Shown here one piece after another: positions 50,333 through 59,993 of a stretch of 64,000 nucleotides of DNA. The notes beneath the pieces were generated by a model that ran no database searches, was not told the origin of the DNA, and saw nothing but the letters and a program-made list of their open reading frames with translations. Source of the stretch: Promethearchaeia archaeon (lineage in GTDB: Archaea; Asgardarchaeota; Lokiarchaeia; Sigyniarchaeales; SOKP01); NCBI GenBank assembly GCA_029856045.1, contig JAHQWG010000035.1, forward strand, positions 64,001 to 128,000, written 5' to 3'. Both the position numbers and the translations under genes were made by a program. Each line of letters begins with the position of its first letter. The first letter of the stretch is position 1.

Positions 50333-51391
50333 TTATTTTATGGGTTTTTGCCCATATGTTTCATCTAATCCTTTAATTTTTATTTTCCTGGCTTGCATTG
50401 ATAAAATTATTACAATTACAACCACAATACTTACGAATATCATTAAAAAATAACCTTCTAGAGGGATTTCGAAATAAAATGTTGTGTTAAAATAGCCAGT
50501 ATTATTAAAAGTGTCATTTGCTGGGTTATTTATATCATAGGCTTGAGTTTCATTAATTCCTTGTCCAATTTTTCTAGATTCATATATTAAATATGCAAAA
50601 TTGTATCTGGGATATGCTGAAGCCAGACCAAATTTAAATAAATAAGACCCACGAAGTGCTGTTCCGAATAAAATGTCAGCAAATTCTAAATTTTCGGGAA
50701 GAGAAGTTGTATTATCAAATATAAGATAAGGATCTGCCTCAGGATCAATAATAGTTAAATTTACCGTTTGAGTTGCTGGTAATGTATAGGCAATCGGAGA
50801 AACTCTTACGACAATTATTCGGTAAAATGTATCATTTTCTAAATTAGCCAAAAATTGTAATTCATTATAAACTCCCGAACTGAAACAATGGACGTCATAA
50901 GATATTGTATCATTAAAAACACTTTCTAATAATTTGTCATATATGCACATATCCCCTTCCTTTACTGCAATATGTAAATTAAGATTATATTCAGTCTCAA
51001 CTGTTATTTTCAGTTCATAAGTTCCATTTTTTGCTGTTCCAAATGGCACAGTAAATTTTTTCGTATTTTCAAAATAAAAAGACATTGTCGCATTATAGAT
51101 TTCAAACTCAATACCGTCGGGATCTATCATATTTAGAGATATATTGCACTCATTAGGCGTTACTAATTCACAATTGATTATATAATAATAGTATTCTCTA
51201 AATTCTAAATCAAATATTCTTGTTGTTTTTGGAAAATTAAATTTATATACTTTATCAATGTAAGTCTTTGGCCACTCATTTGATTCGTTAGCAATCACAT
51301 TATAAATATTAAGATTGATTGAATTCATTAAAATTAATGATGCTAGAGAAAAAATCAAATATATAGATTTAATTTTTCTTTTAATACCCAT
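50333..51391 (-). CDS. Single-pass surface protein with two beta-sandwich repeats
   Basis: Signal helix; repeats MIDPDG..PFGTAKNGTY / IIDPEA..LFGTALRGSY; C-terminal TM; many sequons. Confidence 0.7.
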   Translation of the reverse strand: MGIKRKIKSIYLIFSLASLILMNSINLNIYNVIANESNEWPKTYIDKVYKFNFPKTTRIFDLEFREYYYYIINCELVTPNECNISLNMIDPDGIEFEIYNATMSFYFENTKKFTVPFGTAKNGTYELKITVETEYNLNLHIAVKEGDMCIYDKLLESVFNDTISYDVHCFSSGVYNELQFLANLENDTFYRIIVVRVSPIAYTLPATQTVNLTIIDPEADPYLIFDNTTSLPENLEFADILFGTALRGSYLFKFGLASAYPRYNFAYLIYESRKIGQGINETQAYDINNPANDTFNNTGYFNTTFYFEIPLEGYFLMIFVSIVVVIVIILSMQARKIKIKGLDETYGQKPIK

Positions 51392-51707
51392 TCACCTTTA
51401 ATTCTTTAAACTCTTTAATTAGATTATTTACTTCCGAACATTGGGTATAATCAATACAAGTAAAACATGGTCTATCAGTCCAAAAATAATTGGTTTTATT
51501 TTTCTTAAATATAAGCAAGATTGGCACTTTTGTATTTGGACATAATAAAGTAGTATTTTCAATCTTTCCTGCTTTGGGCACAGCATACGAAAAATTACAT
51601 GTCTCAGATTCACATTTTATAAATCTCTTATAAGATTTTGTCTTATAAAGAATTAATTCATCAAATCCGCATTTAGGGCATTCTCCAATAGAAATAATCT
51701 TTCTCAT
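51381..51707 (-). CDS. Topoisomerase I-type C4 Zn-ribbon protein
   Basis: GECPKCG..L......RFIKCESETCNFS, CP..CFTC. Confidence 0.75.
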   Translation of the reverse strand: MRKIISIGECPKCGFDELILYKTKSYKRFIKCESETCNFSYAVPKAGKIENTTLLCPNTKVPILLIFKKNKTNYFWTDRPCFTCIDYTQCSEVNNLIKEFKELKVNGY

Positions 51708-51731
51708 AACAATGAAATGCTAAATTTAAAA

Positions 51732-51749
51732 TATTTAAATAAAAAAAAA
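51732..51749 (-). promoter_or_regulatory. T-run/TATA promoter motif
   Basis: T9-A-TTTAAATA, 24 nt before ATG 51707. Confidence 0.55.
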
Positions 51750-51766
51750 TTGAGTGCATACAAATA

Positions 51767-52204
51767 TTAGTGATAATCATTTATTGTTGAAGAATTAGGC
51801 AAGGAGGTTGTAGCAAATTCAATTTTTTCCTGTAGAATATGTTCGAACAAACGTTTTAAAAACTCTGACTGTGGATATTTCAATAATCTATTATATTTTC
51901 CAATATTTATCCAAAAAGCTTGATCTGTTTCATGTTTTTTTATCGAAATTTTTGTAGTTTCATTATTAAATATGTGAATCGTACTCCACTCTGTTTTTTT
52001 CTGAGAGAGAACAAATAACATCTCGATAATTTCACATATATTAAATTTCACAATTTTACCTTCATTGAGTGATGGTTTTTCCCAAATTCCATTCTCCTTT
52101 TTTCTTATACAATGAAAATATAGAAATGGCTCATTTTTTTTATTACTTTTAACAATAATTCCTACTTTCTGACCAAAAAAACTCTGATTGTGCTTATCTG
52201 TCAT
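51767..52204 (-). CDS. Hypothetical protein, possible Whirly/PC4-like ssDNA-binding fold
   Basis: Two beta-beta-beta-beta-alpha-like units, aromatic/basic (WEKPS..EGKIVKF..CEI). Confidence 0.4.
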   Translation of the reverse strand: MTDKHNQSFFGQKVGIIVKSNKKNEPFLYFHCIRKKENGIWEKPSLNEGKIVKFNICEIIEMLFVLSQKKTEWSTIHIFNNETTKISIKKHETDQAFWINIGKYNRLLKYPQSEFLKRLFEHILQEKIEFATTSLPNSSTINDYH

Positions 52205-52225
52205 TACTTCACATCCAATTTTATT

Positions 52226-52993
52226 TTAAATTATAAATTCAAATCCATTATTTGACAACTTGTATTTAGAAATAAATTCAATTTTATGATATTTTAAGTT
52301 AAGAGCTTTTTCTCGTTTCTCATTTACTTCCAATTTTATCATTATTGAGTCAATCCTATCAAATAATTTATGTAAAAATTTAACGTTTTTATTCAAATTT
52401 GGTTTATATGAAACTTCATGAATGAAAATTAGATTTACTCTATTAAGTGAAGCAAACATTTGTAGCGGATATATTTGCTCAGTAAAGAATGTATTTATTA
52501 TCTTGATTTTGTTGTCAATCTCATTAAATTCCATAAGTTTAAGGCGAAAATTGCTTGAAATTGAATCAAATATTATTAATTTTGTATTTATGGGAATAAA
52601 ATTTTCTATTGAGCTTAGCTCATTTATTAAATTCTGTTGTTTAAAATATGATGAAATATTGGTTAAAAAAATATTATTCTTAATATATTCTAACTGTTCT
52701 GGAGCATCCTTAAAGTTATGTTCTAATCTTTTATATGAAAATGGCGAACCAGCATTTATCCATAAAGCAGAATATAAATTTTCCTTATCTGAAATCAGAT
52801 GTCCGACTAAAAATTGTACAAACGTTGATTTACCTGAACCTGATTCACCAGATATTTGAATTATTCTAGAATTATTTCTTAAGAGATTATAGATAAGATT
52901 AAAAAATTCATCACACAACTCATTTTTATTTGAAATAAAATCATAGAAATTTGTTTTATTATTTTTTATCAGTTTTTTTGCCTCAATTATCAA
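52226..52993 (-). CDS. RadB/Rad51-paralog-like ATPase
   Basis: QISGESGSGKST, LIIFDSISSNFR; no N-terminal HhH. Confidence 0.8.
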   Translation of the reverse strand: MIIEAKKLIKNNKTNFYDFISNKNELCDEFFNLIYNLLRNNSRIIQISGESGSGKSTFVQFLVGHLISDKENLYSALWINAGSPFSYKRLEHNFKDAPEQLEYIKNNIFLTNISSYFKQQNLINELSSIENFIPINTKLIIFDSISSNFRLKLMEFNEIDNKIKIINTFFTEQIYPLQMFASLNRVNLIFIHEVSYKPNLNKNVKFLHKLFDRIDSIMIKLEVNEKREKALNLKYHKIEFISKYKLSNNGFEFII

Positions 52994-53330
52994 ATAATTT
53001 TAAAATTTGATTTTTTTCTTCTTTCAAATCTTCATCTCTTTCTTTTAAAGAATTCATCACATCTTGTTTTAAAATAAGTTTTACAGGTTGTGATTGATTC
53101 TGATTCAATAGAGACATTAAAAGTACCAATTTCACTAAATCATTGTTTGTCGATTCCCCAATTTCTCCTTTCCCAAAAATTCCCCCACCAGAATTCTTAT
53201 ATTTTCGATATTTTGGATATAAATAAATTATTAAAATAATTCCAATAATTATTGAGGCTGTTAAGGGATCTTTCTGGAAAAAGATAAAACCCATCAATAT
53301 CATTACCCCATATATTATTAATTTAAACAT
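52983..53330 (-). CDS. Small two-TM membrane protein
   Basis: N-terminal hairpin, GAGG SD, overlaps the RadB-like gene. Confidence 0.65.
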   Translation of the reverse strand: MFKLIIYGVMILMGFIFFQKDPLTASIIIGIILIIYLYPKYRKYKNSGGGIFGKGEIGESTNNDLVKLVLLMSLLNQNQSQPVKLILKQDVMNSLKERDEDLKEEKNQILKLFDN

Positions 53331-53359
53331 TTTTTCTTACCTCATTTTTCTTCTCTATT

Positions 53360-54112
53360 CTACCATTGAGTGCGTGGTGAGAATTCATTTCCTCTTTTTT
53401 TTTTGCGATATTTAACTTCTATTTTATGTTTAGTATATTTGATTTTTCTCCGGGAGATTATTATGTTGTGATGGATTAAAATTAATCCGAGTCCGAGATA
53501 TCTCATCATGTAATAAAAGAGCATTGATAGAAAAAACAATGTTATTAATGAATCAAATATAATTAGTTCAAAAAAATTCATTAAATAATAGGAGATTGAC
53601 GAAGCAATAAAAATGACAATAATTTGAATTACTGTATATCTCTTGTTAGTGCTTTGAAATGATTTAGCAATCATTCGAATATCGGTATTGCTGGGACTCA
53701 TCTGTGTAAGAATTGAAATTGCGATATAAATTAAGATTAGGGCAATCATATAATTAACTACTGGACTGAATATATAGAAAAGGATAAAGCCAATAATATA
53801 GGTTCCAATAAATAAAGGTGCAAACGAGACCAAAAGACTCTGAAAAAAATTCGAATTTGCAGTGGCAATTTTTCCAGACAGACCACCTTTTTTATTTCTT
53901 ATTGGTATAATATTTGTTTCAGTTACTTTAGTATGAGTTAAAATACACATAATATAATGACTTACCTCATGAACGATAATCCCAATAAAGAAGCATGTAT
54001 GAAATAAACGATAAAATGTTATACTTTTACTACCTAAATGGGTTGTAACGAATGATAACAATGTGGAGATTACAAGAACTCCAATAAATATTATTAAACA
54101 GGTTACAATCAT
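53360..54112 (-). CDS. Membrane metallopeptidase, M50B/DUF3267-like
   Basis: GIIVHEVSH (HExxH), SFAP, PSNTD; multi-TM. Confidence 0.75.
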   Translation of the reverse strand: MIVTCLIIFIGVLVISTLLSFVTTHLGSKSITFYRLFHTCFFIGIIVHEVSHYIMCILTHTKVTETNIIPIRNKKGGLSGKIATANSNFFQSLLVSFAPLFIGTYIIGFILFYIFSPVVNYMIALILIYIAISILTQMSPSNTDIRMIAKSFQSTNKRYTVIQIIVIFIASSISYYLMNFFELIIFDSLITLFFLSMLFYYMMRYLGLGLILIHHNIIISRRKIKYTKHKIEVKYRKKKRGNEFSPRTQW

Positions 54113-54136
54113 GAATTGAGATTTTTATAAAATGAT

Positions 54137-54153
54137 TATTTAAAAATAAAAAA
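54137..54153 (-). promoter_or_regulatory. T-run/TATA promoter motif
   Basis: T6-A-TTTTTAAATA, 24 nt before ATG 54112. Confidence 0.55.
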
Positions 54154-54209
54154 TGTAAAAATGAATTTTATTTAGAAGAATTTTAAAAATTTGTTTCTTA
54201 CATTAAATT

Positions 54210-55028
54210 ATGGTCAAATCAAAAACAAAATTTCCAAAAGAAGGAAGTTTTGTTATTGCTAAGGTTGTGGATATTCAAAGGGGCTATATTTATGTAGATC
54301 TATTAGATTTTGAAGGTCGGGAAGATGAAAATTTAGCAAGAGGGATGATTCACATATCTGAGATATCTTCTAGGTGGATAAGAAATGTAAGAAATTATGT
54401 TCGTATGAATGAAATTTTAGTATTGAAAGTTTTGAATGTAGATAATTTAAAAGGTCATGTAGATCTATCATTACGACGTGTTACGTCTCAACAAAAGCAA
54501 TTAAGAATGAAAGAATGGAAATATGCTGTTAAATATGAAAATTTATTAACATTTTTAGCTGATGAAACTGGGAAATCAATAGATGAATTGTATGAAATAA
54601 TTGGATTTCCTATATTAGATAGTTATGAATCATATCAAAAAACACTTGAGGATATTAAAGAAAATGGTATTCAAGCAATTAAAAATTTAGATATTGATCC
54701 TGAAATTTCTAAAAAATTCGTAAAAATTATAGAAGAGAATGTTATTATAGGTACAGTATTAATTAGCGGCAAATTGTTATTGACTTCTACTGCTCCAAAT
54801 GGAATTAAACTTATAAAGAATATATTAAATACTGGAATAAAAGTGATAAAAAGCCCAAAAGAAACACAGAAAGTTGATATTCGTTATGTTGCTGCCCCTA
54901 ATTATCGTTTAGAAGTGATTGAAAAAAATTATCAAGAAGCAGAATCAGTACTAGCTAGTGTTCTAAAAACAATTGAAGATGAAATGATTAATGTTGGTGG
55001 GACCTTTGAATTCATTCGAGATAAATAA
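54210..55028 (+). CDS. eif2a: Translation initiation factor 2 alpha
   Basis: S1 domain GMIHISEISSRWIRN, KGHVDLSLRRV, YVAAPNYR. Confidence 0.95.
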   Translation: MVKSKTKFPKEGSFVIAKVVDIQRGYIYVDLLDFEGREDENLARGMIHISEISSRWIRNVRNYVRMNEILVLKVLNVDNLKGHVDLSLRRVTSQQKQLRMKEWKYAVKYENLLTFLADETGKSIDELYEIIGFPILDSYESYQKTLEDIKENGIQAIKNLDIDPEISKKFVKIIEENVIIGTVLISGKLLLTSTAPNGIKLIKNILNTGIKVIKSPKETQKVDIRYVAAPNYRLEVIEKNYQEAESVLASVLKTIEDEMINVGGTFEFIRDK

Positions 55029-55058
55029 ATTATGAATTTAATTGGTTTTTAAAGAACT

Positions 55059-55265
55059 ATGACGAAATTACTTTTTAAATGCGTGGATTGTGGAGAATAT
55101 TCTTTACCAAATAAAGAAATGAAATGTAAAATTTGCGGAGGGAATTTAAAGAATTCCAAACCTTCTAAGTTCTCATTAATTGATAAATTTGGAAGATTTA
55201 GAAAAGATTATTTCAAGGAGGAATTTAATAAGCGTTTTGATAGAACCTCTAATAATAATAATTAA
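55059..55265 (+). CDS. nop10: H/ACA RNP protein Nop10
   Basis: CVDCGEYSL..CKICGG..PSKFSLIDKFGRFR; follows aIF2alpha. Confidence 0.9.
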   Translation: MTKLLFKCVDCGEYSLPNKEMKCKICGGNLKNSKPSKFSLIDKFGRFRKDYFKEEFNKRFDRTSNNNN

Positions 55266-55282
55266 AATTTTTCAACAATAAT

Positions 55283-55954
55283 TTATTTTGGCATTATTTT
55301 TTCCGCTATCTTTTCTTCAATAAGAATTTTCGCATTTTCAAAAGGTACCATACAGACATCTTCCTTTAAAAAAGGGCCGTAATTTACAAGATCAATTCCC
55401 ACTAATGCAGGACAATCCATTATAAATCTTACATTTAGATATTCAATTCCATTTAAAGATGCATATATTGTTGAGTTCACAGCCAGTTCATCTTTTTTTG
55501 AAAGTATATTTGGAATTTCTGAAACATTCTTTTCAACTGGAGTTAATTCTTTCTTCTTTAAAGAACTTTCGATATCAGATAATGTTAGAGATTCCAAATT
55601 TTTAAATCCTTTAAAAGAAGCAATGAGATTATCATAGAACATTTGTTCATGTTCTAATAATTTGTTTCTATCAATTTCTAATAAAATAAGTGATTTTTCA
55701 ATTATTTTGCGTTTTCTAACTTTTAATAAATCATCTAATAGAAATTTAGTATTTTTTATTAAAGAATTAATTAAAGATTCTTTTATAACTTGCATATCTG
55801 AATTATTTAGTTTTCCATCTGAAGCCGAATCGAGTGCATATAATTTTAAATATTCCTTAAAAGATTCATTAGTAAGAGAAGTTATCTCTTCATTATTTAT
55901 TTCATTAGTCCATTGTTGATATAATTCATTATATATTTTCTGAGTATTCATCAT
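55283..55954 (-). CDS. GINS subunit (Gins15/51 type)
   Basis: RKRKI helical A domain; C-terminal PALVGIDLVNYGPFLKEDV..P.ENAKIL; downstream of priS. Confidence 0.9.
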   Translation of the reverse strand: MMNTQKIYNELYQQWTNEINNEEITSLTNESFKEYLKLYALDSASDGKLNNSDMQVIKESLINSLIKNTKFLLDDLLKVRKRKIIEKSLILLEIDRNKLLEHEQMFYDNLIASFKGFKNLESLTLSDIESSLKKKELTPVEKNVSEIPNILSKKDELAVNSTIYASLNGIEYLNVRFIMDCPALVGIDLVNYGPFLKEDVCMVPFENAKILIEEKIAEKIMPK

Positions 55955-56043
55955 TTCTTGAGTATATCTTTTAGTACCGATTCAATTATTTTATATGTCT
56001 TATTATTTAAATAAATTTAAAATCACTATTATTTAATTAAATT

Positions 56044-57303
56044 TTATTTAAGAGTTGCCACATTTTTACATAAAAGAAAGATTCCAATATCATGTGGAAG
56101 ATCTAAGACTTCTCCCATTTTAAAAGGACCCCAAATGTTTTCTCTTACACGGATCTTAGGTACTTCTGGAACTGTAATTTCCAGTTTAAGGAAATTTTTT
56201 TTTGAAAAAATTACTGGATCAGAAAATGGATCAAAACTTTCTAAATTCTTATACTCGATTCCAACCACTTTAAAGCCACTACTGCCATGTAAAGAACCAG
56301 GATATCTTATTAATCTATGGATATCAATGGTTACCGGGATATCAACATCTGTTCCAATATTTTTAACTAAATTAAAAAAAAGGTTTTCCCATGATTTTAT
56401 GCCAAATCCAAGTAAATTCCAAGGATTCTTCCTTTGAGAGACAATATTATCTATTATGTGTTTTCTTTCTTTAATTATAGTACCTATTTGTTCCTTGTTA
56501 AGTGAAAAATTACTTAAACTATTTTTTAATGCTTCTTCATTTTCTATTGAAAGTATCTCCTTTAATTTCAACATTATTTTTCTAGGCCAGCCAGCAGCAT
56601 ATTGATTAAAGAAACCAAGACCAATGTTTGGCTTTTCTAATCCTAAAACAGTAAATGAAATATTGTTCCCGGTAATATAATCAACTATTTCTCTTCGTTC
56701 ATGACTTGATAATTTCCTTAATTTCTCATCTTCTATATGAAGATGATAACCTCTATGTCCAGAAAAAAAGATAAAACAATTGTCTTTATTAATTCCAAAA
56801 TCTGGTTCTAAAAATTCATTAATCAATTTAAATATCTCTTTTTTTGCCTTTTCGAGACATTCTTCACAAATCCAAGTTATTTTTTTAAATTTTGTTGATT
56901 TACAATCAGGATTAGGACATAATTTGGGTGATAATCCAGTTCCATATTGATTACATGATTCACATTCCCAAAAATCATGTTTTTCTTTACATGTAGTATC
57001 TAAATGATCAGCATCAATATCAAAGATTAAATCACAACCAAGATAATTTTTATTATCCATTTTAGATGCATCAGGAAGCTCATAAAGTGATGCACTTGAA
57101 TACATATGTTTTGGAACATTATGAATCAAATAATCAGTTAAAATATCTAAGGATTTAAAGCCTATATGTCGAATCATAATATTATTTTCCCATGTTAAAA
57201 ACGCAAATTCTCTTTCCAGCAGATTACTAACTGATGGAAGAGAATTCTGTTGATTTTTATAATAGGCTTGAAATAATCTTTTTATAAATCTTATACTTTC
57301 CAT
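56044..57303 (-). CDS. priS: DNA primase small subunit
   Basis: REFAF, DLIFDIDAD, FSGHRGYH, DIHRLIRYPGSLH. Confidence 0.97.
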   Translation of the reverse strand: MESIRFIKRLFQAYYKNQQNSLPSVSNLLEREFAFLTWENNIMIRHIGFKSLDILTDYLIHNVPKHMYSSASLYELPDASKMDNKNYLGCDLIFDIDADHLDTTCKEKHDFWECESCNQYGTGLSPKLCPNPDCKSTKFKKITWICEECLEKAKKEIFKLINEFLEPDFGINKDNCFIFFSGHRGYHLHIEDEKLRKLSSHERREIVDYITGNNISFTVLGLEKPNIGLGFFNQYAAGWPRKIMLKLKEILSIENEEALKNSLSNFSLNKEQIGTIIKERKHIIDNIVSQRKNPWNLLGFGIKSWENLFFNLVKNIGTDVDIPVTIDIHRLIRYPGSLHGSSGFKVVGIEYKNLESFDPFSDPVIFSKKNFLKLEITVPEVPKIRVRENIWGPFKMGEVLDLPHDIGIFLLCKNVATLK

Positions 57304-57316
57304 TATTTAGATTCCT

Positions 57317-58567
57317 TTATTTTTTTTCGATTTTTGTTATGTTTTGTCCATTAATTTCTTTTTTTTTTATTTCCCAGAGAGATCTTGATTCTTTAACGCT
57401 TGTAAAGAAAAGTGGATGCGAGATTTTTATTATTTTATCTTGATTTTTTGAATAAAATCCTTCCCGACAAATCTTATCCCCAAAAATTTTATGATCCTTT
57501 TGACAAATCCCTAACGTTTCTAATTTTGCACAACTATGAGGTGAATACCCCTTTTTAATAGCAAATTCAATTTGATATCGTGCAATTTTGTCATCAAAAT
57601 CCGGTAGTGTTTTAAAAATATTTATTATCAGGTCTATAGGGTATTTTAAAGAATTTAGAAAAAATACTAAAAATAGACGTTCATTGTGAATTAAATTTTG
57701 ACTTTGTTGCACTTTTGATAAAAGTAATTTTATACAAGGAGGAAAAAAAATAGATAGATCTTTTCCCTCTTTATATTTCATAGTTTCGGTATAATCACTG
57801 CTTAAATCAATTTTTTTACTTTTAATTAGATCTTTTATTTTTTCAAATGTAATTTTAAAAGCGGTTATCTCGGTTAAGGTTTCTTCTAAATCAGTTCTTT
57901 CTTTCGGATCATCTTCAGATTTATTAGTCTTTTCAAACTTTAAAATTTCATTTCTAACATATTCTTGAAGAAGTCTAATCAATCGATTCTTTGAAATGAA
58001 TACATATCCGTGAGAAAGTGAATTATTTACAAGTTTTCTATAATCATCCCTGAGATTGATTCCCATTTTTATGAAATCAATAAAATGCACGCTTAGATTT
58101 GTTTTTTCAACAGCTGTAATTTTAATTGGATCTTCATAATATTGAACGTTAAGACCCAAATCACTACAAATCCAGTAAAGATATTCCATTTTTTCATCTC
58201 TAAGTAGTTCTAACTGGGTTTTTGCATTTTTTGAATACAGATTAGCAATTCTATTTGTTATATTTTGATTATTTAGAAGGAATAAAATGATTTTTAACAT
58301 CCAATAAATGTAAATATTCAATTCTCCGTCTTTAGGATCAAAATCTCGAATTATCTCTAAATTATTTATTGCATCTTCAAAAATTGATTCGATTTTCTTA
58401 TCAATATCAACTTTATTTTCGTCCCAATACTTTTTGTATAGCCACTCAACAAATTCATAGGGGTTTTTTTTTCCAATCTCTTTGAATTTGAATTTAGTAA
58501 AAGATAACCATGGGAATCTATATAATAATTCTGGTTTCGATGTTAAGATATTTTCATCAGAACTCAT
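57317..58567 (-). CDS. priL: DNA primase large subunit
   Basis: RFPW, FPPCI, HNER, YSPHSC..L...GIC Fe-S motif. Confidence 0.95.
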   Translation of the reverse strand: MSSDENILTSKPELLYRFPWLSFTKFKFKEIGKKNPYEFVEWLYKKYWDENKVDIDKKIESIFEDAINNLEIIRDFDPKDGELNIYIYWMLKIILFLLNNQNITNRIANLYSKNAKTQLELLRDEKMEYLYWICSDLGLNVQYYEDPIKITAVEKTNLSVHFIDFIKMGINLRDDYRKLVNNSLSHGYVFISKNRLIRLLQEYVRNEILKFEKTNKSEDDPKERTDLEETLTEITAFKITFEKIKDLIKSKKIDLSSDYTETMKYKEGKDLSIFFPPCIKLLLSKVQQSQNLIHNERLFLVFFLNSLKYPIDLIINIFKTLPDFDDKIARYQIEFAIKKGYSPHSCAKLETLGICQKDHKIFGDKICREGFYSKNQDKIIKISHPLFFTSVKESRSLWEIKKKEINGQNITKIEKK

Positions 58568-58686
58568 AATTATAGTGCGCAGATTTTTTCTTATTATGGA
58601 TAATTAATTAAAAAATTATTAAAATTTGTAAGAATGAGAAATTAGTAATAAACAAAAAAAAAACGATATGAATCAACGATTAAATT

Positions 58687-59484
58687 TTAGTATTCTTCTA
58701 AATCTTCTTCTTCAAATTCAATTTCTTCTACCCTCGGTGCCAGAAAATAACTAATTGTGCCTCCTTCGAGAATATTAAAGATTAATTTTAATGGATGATC
58801 GTCCTTCAACGAAATCGTTAATTTCTCAGTAATATTTTCAATTTTAAGAATGCTCTTTAAAAATTGAAGTGAATAAGAACCTTTACTTATTGCCTTAATA
58901 TTTTTTTCCAATAAATCATCGAGAGCTAATTCATATTCCATTTCTCCAATTTGTCCAACAGAACTAAATAATAAGCCTTTATCTTCCTCTGCTTTTATAG
59001 TTAGAATTTCTGAATAAATTTCAGCATCTTTTATTGCTTCTACAAAAAATACAGGATCCATTGACCAATCTGCATTATATTCTAATTTTAAAAGATTTTC
59101 CATTGGAATATCTTCCATCTCTATATCTAACAATGCAAGACTAAAGGTTCTAACTTTTGTGCTTTTATGTTGTTTCATTTTAATTTTTAATTTTTGAGTA
59201 TCAGGTTCGAAAATTAACTCAACAGAATCACCTGCAGAGCTTCTTTTTAATATTTTATCGAGATCTTCGAGATTTAGACCAATTTTGGTATCTTTATCGC
59301 ATTCATACTCATCGAAATCTTGTTTAGCCATAGACAATTGGAGAAGACATATTCTAGATGGATCCATAGCTCTAATTGATAATTCCGTAGTAGTAATTAT
59401 GAATTCAGTTTCATCAATAATCGACGCTAAAGCCTCTATAATCCCTCTTAAAATTCTACTATTTTCTAATTTTATTTTAAACAT
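58687..59484 (-). CDS. pcn: PCNA sliding clamp
   Basis: AMDPSRI, YSLQFL, YFLAPRVE. Confidence 0.97.
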   Translation of the reverse strand: MFKIKLENSRILRGIIEALASIIDETEFIITTTELSIRAMDPSRICLLQLSMAKQDFDEYECDKDTKIGLNLEDLDKILKRSSAGDSVELIFEPDTQKLKIKMKQHKSTKVRTFSLALLDIEMEDIPMENLLKLEYNADWSMDPVFFVEAIKDAEIYSEILTIKAEEDKGLLFSSVGQIGEMEYELALDDLLEKNIKAISKGSYSLQFLKSILKIENITEKLTISLKDDHPLKLIFNILEGGTISYFLAPRVEEIEFEEEDLEEY

Positions 59485-59582
59485 AAAATGGTATCAACTA
59501 CTAAAGTTTTAATAAAAATAATTATATTTTGATAAATAATCTAAATATATATTAAAAATTATATTATTAAGCCACTATTATT

Positions 59583-59918
59583 TTGTCTGAGCAATTCTTT
59601 AAACCCAAATCACCAGCAATACAAAGGATTATTGGTGATTTAAAAAGCGATGATGTTAGAATTCAAATTATTGGATATATTAGGGAAATAATATCAAATT
59701 CAGAGTTTATTTTAAAAGATAATTCAGGAGAAATCAAAGTTACTTTCGAAAAATCTGATTTTCCTATTAAAAAAGATTTATTAATTAATGTAATTGGTGA
59801 ATTGGAAATAAATGTTGAAGGTGAAAAGAATGTTAAAGCAAAATTTATTCAAAATATGAATATGTTGAATTATGAATATTATGAAAAGATTTATCACTTA
59901 AAAAAAGAATATTTATAA
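59583..59918 (+). CDS. Single OB-fold protein, RPA small subunit (RPA14-like)
   Basis: VRIQIIG, FILKDNSGEIKV, INVIGE. Confidence 0.65.
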   Translation: MSEQFFKPKSPAIQRIIGDLKSDDVRIQIIGYIREIISNSEFILKDNSGEIKVTFEKSDFPIKKDLLINVIGELEINVEGEKNVKAKFIQNMNMLNYEYYEKIYHLKKEYL

Positions 59919-59993
59919 AATTAAGTAATCAAAATCCTGTTATGGCTTGTTTTATTTCTGTATTTAAGAGAAATTTACTGGGAGTATAAGAAT

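Noticed and set aside
20750-51749. T-runs as simple oligo-T terminators
   Set aside because: Possible for 20750, 46982 and 51741 (dual use), but most copies lie in divergent gaps with no upstream gene on that strand
15048-54153. Integrated plasmid, provirus or ICE as the explanation for the cluster
   Set aside because: No integrase, relaxase, replicase, capsid, tRNA target or att repeats seen; ordinary genes with canonical promoters are interspersed
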